The notes under the pieces are model-generated. The model saw nothing but the letters and a program-made list of their open reading frames with translations. It made no database searches and was not told where the DNA came from. A DNA stretch of 64,000 bases from a virus. Its lineage: Duplodnaviria > Heunggongvirae > Uroviricota > Caudoviricetes. Position 1 is the stretch's first letter. Each line of letters starts with the position of its first letter. The stretch covers positions 128,001-192,000 of the IMG/VR virus record IMGVR_UViG_2881684137_000004; one strand, given 5' to 3'. The translations under genes were made by a program, and so were the position numbers. Below, one piece after another: positions 60,489-64,000 of this stretch.

Positions 60489-61853
60489 AAACAACTTGCC
60501 GCCTAATGTAGTAATGCATTAGTGAACATTTTACTATATCGGGGGAAGCGTTGGGGAACGTAATCCCGAGGGAAGATTATTGTGAGGAAATAGAAAAAGT
60601 GGTGATATGGATTTTAATAAAAGATCAAAAAGTTGTTGTTGTATGGAACACTCGAAACAAAGCTGTCTTTCAAGGGTTTGGTTATATCTTTACAAGTTTT
60701 GGCGACAGTATTACAGTTGAGCTATTGGAATTGACTAAACATTCACGTACAAAAGTCAATGTTGAATGTGACTATTGTAAAAAAGTTTATAAACTACCCT
60801 ATGCGCAGGCACAACGTGCTGAGAGACATTTATGCTCAAAGCAGTGCAGACATCTAATCGATAAGATAGAAAGCAGATGTTACATATGCAATATAAAGAC
60901 ACTAAAAAATAGAACACAAATGAATAAAAGGCAATCTGAATTTACATTTTGTAGTTTGAAATGCGTAGGTTCATATAATTCTAAAGTTAGAACAACTCAC
61001 ATATCTAAAGATTGCTTGATATGCAACAAACCTTTTAAAGTAAAACCCAGTACCTCTGAGACTCAAGTAGTGTGTTCTATAAAATGTCAAGCTTCTTGGC
61101 AGTCAATGTATCTCAGAGGAGAAAGCGCTAATAACTTCAAAGGTGGAAATGTAGATCTAACTTGTAGTACTTGTACTGAACAGTATTCGGTAGCTCGACA
61201 TAGAATCAATTCTTCTAAGTTCTGTTCTCAGTCTTGCAAACAAGATTATTGGAAGAATTACATTCTTCATAATGAAGCTTTCAAAAAAGCACACTATGAA
61301 GGAAACTTGAGGTGGAGAGCGAATATTAGACAAACACTTCCCGAAAAAATGGTAAGAGAATGGTTAGTGAACAATAATATTGATTTTATGCAGGAACAAG
61401 GATTTTTTCATAAGTACTATGCAGACTTTTGGTTAAAAAATACAAATATTATTATTGAAGTTTTCGGAGATTATTGGCATGCAAACCCTCTAAAATATAA
61501 TTCCGATAATTTAAATGAGCACCAAAAAGCACAGATCATAAAAGATGAGCAGCGGCTTAACGACTTTAAGAAACATGGTTTTAATGTTTTAATACTATGG
61601 GAAGATGATATTTATAATCATCTCGATAAGCTAATGAAAGACAAATTACTCACAATATATCCCCTTAACGACTACACGTAGAATACCCTAATGGGGTAAT
61701 GATATAGTCTGAACTTACGCTATAACCTTGTATTCTTTAAGGCGTAGAGAATCGGTCGAGTGTAAAGACACTCTAGGGAGTACCGATTCCGCTATTTCAA
61801 AGGAAGTAGAAATAGTCAGTAGCTTACTTAAAGTAAGTGAAAGTAACAGATTG
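60489..61853 (+). mobile_element. group I intron in tape measure gene
   Basis: P1 CGGU/GCCG with U.G at 5' splice site; P4 UCGGG/CCCGA; P7 GACUA/UAGUC with GAUAUAGUC; P8; terminal G at 61853; splicing restores IIG-NSLKTIYSRL. Confidence 0.9.
60551..61681 (+). CDS. intron-encoded homing endonuclease: tandem Zn fingers + Vsr-like/EDxHD nuclease
   Basis: Four CxxC..CSxxC repeats; TLPE..ADF..IEVFGDYWH..D..R..ILWE; true start probably near 60600. Confidence 0.8.
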   Translation: MGNVIPREDYCEEIEKVVIWILIKDQKVVVVWNTRNKAVFQGFGYIFTSFGDSITVELLELTKHSRTKVNVECDYCKKVYKLPYAQAQRAERHLCSKQCRHLIDKIESRCYICNIKTLKNRTQMNKRQSEFTFCSLKCVGSYNSKVRTTHISKDCLICNKPFKVKPSTSETQVVCSIKCQASWQSMYLRGESANNFKGGNVDLTCSTCTEQYSVARHRINSSKFCSQSCKQDYWKNYILHNEAFKKAHYEGNLRWRANIRQTLPEKMVREWLVNNNIDFMQEQGFFHKYYADFWLKNTNIIIEVFGDYWHANPLKYNSDNLNEHQKAQIIKDEQRLNDFKKHGFNVLILWEDDIYNHLDKLMKDKLLTIYPLNDYT

Positions 61854-64000
61854 AATAGCTTAAAAACCATTTACTCTAGACTTACAACAATGGATTCGGC
61901 AATAGGTGCACTTGACAGCGTTGGTGTTTCAGTCAAAGAATCAAACGGACAAATGAAGTCAGCAACAACAATCATCGATGAATTGGCTGGAAAATGGGAT
62001 GGACTTAGTGCTGCAAAGCAGCAAAATATTGCTGTTGACATAGCTGGCCGTTATCAACTTTCACGCTTCCTTGCTCTAATGGGTGGATATGATCTGGCAA
62101 TTTCAGCTACAGAAGCAGCTTTAAACTCACAAGGCTCTGCAATGCGAGAAAATGCCAAGTACATGGAATCACTCGAAGCACGAATCGAACGAATGAAAAC
62201 ACAATGGCAAGAGCTTGCTCTAACAATGGGCGATGCGGTACTAACCAATACACTGATTAACCTAATTAGTGTTGCAACAGAATTGGGCAATAGCTTAGTC
62301 ACTGTAATTGATAAGTTCGGGTTATTCCCTCCGCTTTTAGGTACTGTAGCAATGGCTTATGTACTTTTTTCTGCCAAAGCCAGAGCATCAATATTAAGTG
62401 TAATTGGTATAATCACCGCTAAGACTAGTGTATTGCACAGTGTAACAGTTGCTACGACAATATGGGGTACTTCCATGGGGATGTCAGGCGTTGCTGTTCG
62501 AGCATTAACTGTGGCTACAGTTGGTTTAACGATGGCTGTTAGAGGGCTAATGATTGTAACAGGTGTTGGATTGGCTGTTGCAGCGTTAGGTTTTATAGTT
62601 GAAAAACTTGTCAATAAATTCGGAAATGCAAACAAAGTAATTGATGAAACTAGCATGTCTATTGATAAGTTGAACGAGTCGGCCTCAAATTTAAATGGTC
62701 TAAAAAAGCTTGCATCTGAATATGAGAAGTTCAAAGATATAACCGATTTAACGCTTGAGGATAAAACTAAACTAGCAACAATTGAAAACGAACTAGCTAG
62801 TTCATATGGAATTACGACAACATCATTGCTTGAAAATAAAGATGCCTATGAAGTAAATAATGCTCTTATTGAAGAATCAATCAAATTAAAAGAAAAAGAA
62901 TTGGCATTAAAATATGAGAATGAGATACTTTCATATAAATCAGATAAAAGCAATATCGATCAGCAAATCATTGATAGTAAGAACAGATTAAAAGCGTTTG
63001 AGGATGAGAAGAAAGCACTGCTAGAGTTGGAAAAGCAAGGTGAAAACTTAAAAAGGCAAGATTTAAATCTCACCGGAGATGAGATGCTTAAATACCAGAA
63101 GAAAGACCGAAAAATGGGTCTTCTTGTAGATGTCTCTTGGAATCCGTTAGAAATTCTAGCTGCTAAAATTAAAGAAGCCAACAGTAAAATAGATACTGAA
63201 CTAGTTAAGCTTGATGAAAACCTCAGCAAAAAATCATCTAGTATTTCTGCCAAGCTGAAAACATCAGCTACCATGCTTAAAAACAATGGTGTGGAAATTA
63301 AAGATGCATCTTCTATTTTGATAGATGGTTTTTCAGCAATTGCTGCAATTAATGATATTGACTTTGATAACTCAACTGTTCTTGAAAAGATTGTTAAAGA
63401 ACTAAATTCACTTGATATAACTTCGATAGAAGATGTAGAAGCTGCTTTTAATAAATTTGGTAATGCAGCTGGGAATAACACAGACGCTTTGGAGATCTTG
63501 AAGAATGCTTATCTTCGTTATCAGGTAGCGATTAAAAGCGGCTCTTATGATAGTGGCGAAGATCCTGCCGACCAGTTTGAACAAGATGCTAAAGCAGCTA
63601 AAGATGCAGCTAAAGAGTACGACAATCTGGTTAGTGACTTAAAAAAATTAAATCAAACGCTTTATGATACAAGAGATGGAAAGTCATTAACAGCCGAAGC
63701 CACACAAGAATTAATAGCCAATTTCCCTGAACTGTTAGATGGTATTTATAAAACTACAGCAGGATGGGGAATTGAAGAAATTGCCTTGAATGATTTAAGA
63801 GAGGCAATTATCGAGAAGGCGACTCAAGGGTCAATTAGTGAAAAAAATGCAACGGCTGCGGCTCTAAATGAAATTACCAAGAGAACAAAGATGTACGGTG
63901 TTGAAATCGAAGCCATTAATGACGTCCAATCGGCTCGTGATGCCCTGGTAAAATTTGATGAGAAGATAAGTTTTTATGAAAGCCAAGAGCCTAATACATA
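61854..64000 (+). CDS. tail tape measure protein, exon 2 (runs off window)
   Basis: Open frame NSLKTIYSRLTTMDSAIG..AGRYQLSRFLALM..., no stop seen before window end. Confidence 0.85.

Larger units (their letters stand above)
1..64000. mobile_element. SPbeta-like large temperate phage/prophage (partial, both ends outside window)
   Basis: Gene order RNAP(YonO-like)-HU-YonK-phosphoesterase-terminase-portal-scaffold-capsid-tail-Tyr recombinase-tape measure mirrors the SPbeta yonO..yomI late cluster; dense small-ORF accessory arm; no housekeeping genes. Confidence 0.9.

Noticed and set aside
58677-60506. Tape measure gene as truncated pseudogene
   Set aside because: The stop at 60506 lies inside the intron; the exons join in frame
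34679-63481. Minus-strand ORFs in the late region (e.g. 62357..62734, 62960..63481)
   Set aside because: Shadows of clear plus-strand genes, including TMP exon 2
1-64000. CRISPR array suggested by the Csx16-like gene and the repeats
   Set aside because: No regularly spaced direct repeats with 30-40 bp spacers and no cas genes; the repeats are dispersed at gene boundaries

Overview
The window is a 64-kb slice of a large SPbeta-like temperate siphophage or prophage of a Bacillales host. No host genes or att site are visible. 1-26.5 kb is a leftward accessory/early region of about 50 mostly small ORFs. Recognisable products there are an N6-MTase-SF2 helicase fusion, a tandem Csx16-like protein, an ART-PolyVal-like ADP-ribosyltransferase, an MqsA-like regulator and a yonT/yoyJ/SR6-like type I toxin-antitoxin locus. 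Three intergenic repeat families organise this region: about 20 copies of an 18-bp ATGAAA-N6-TTTCAT site at gene boundaries (integron-like cassette pattern), 10 copies of an 18-bp ACTTTA-N6-TAAAGT operator in sigma-A promoters, and 5 short GGGGA hairpins at stop codons. 26.5-34 kb holds a skewed non-coding tract, a candidate origin, a RecD2-like helicase and a tyrosine recombinase. 34-64 kb is the rightward late region: YonO-like single-subunit RNA polymerase, HU, YonK, a metallophosphoesterase, a GIY-YIG endonuclease, a candidate ~330-nt structured RNA, an atypical tRNA-Trp, terminase, portal, head and tail genes, three glycosyltransferases, a second tyrosine recombinase, and a tape-measure gene split by a group I intron carrying a Vsr-like (EDxHD-type) homing endonuclease. 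All family calls come from motif recognition by eye, not database searches.
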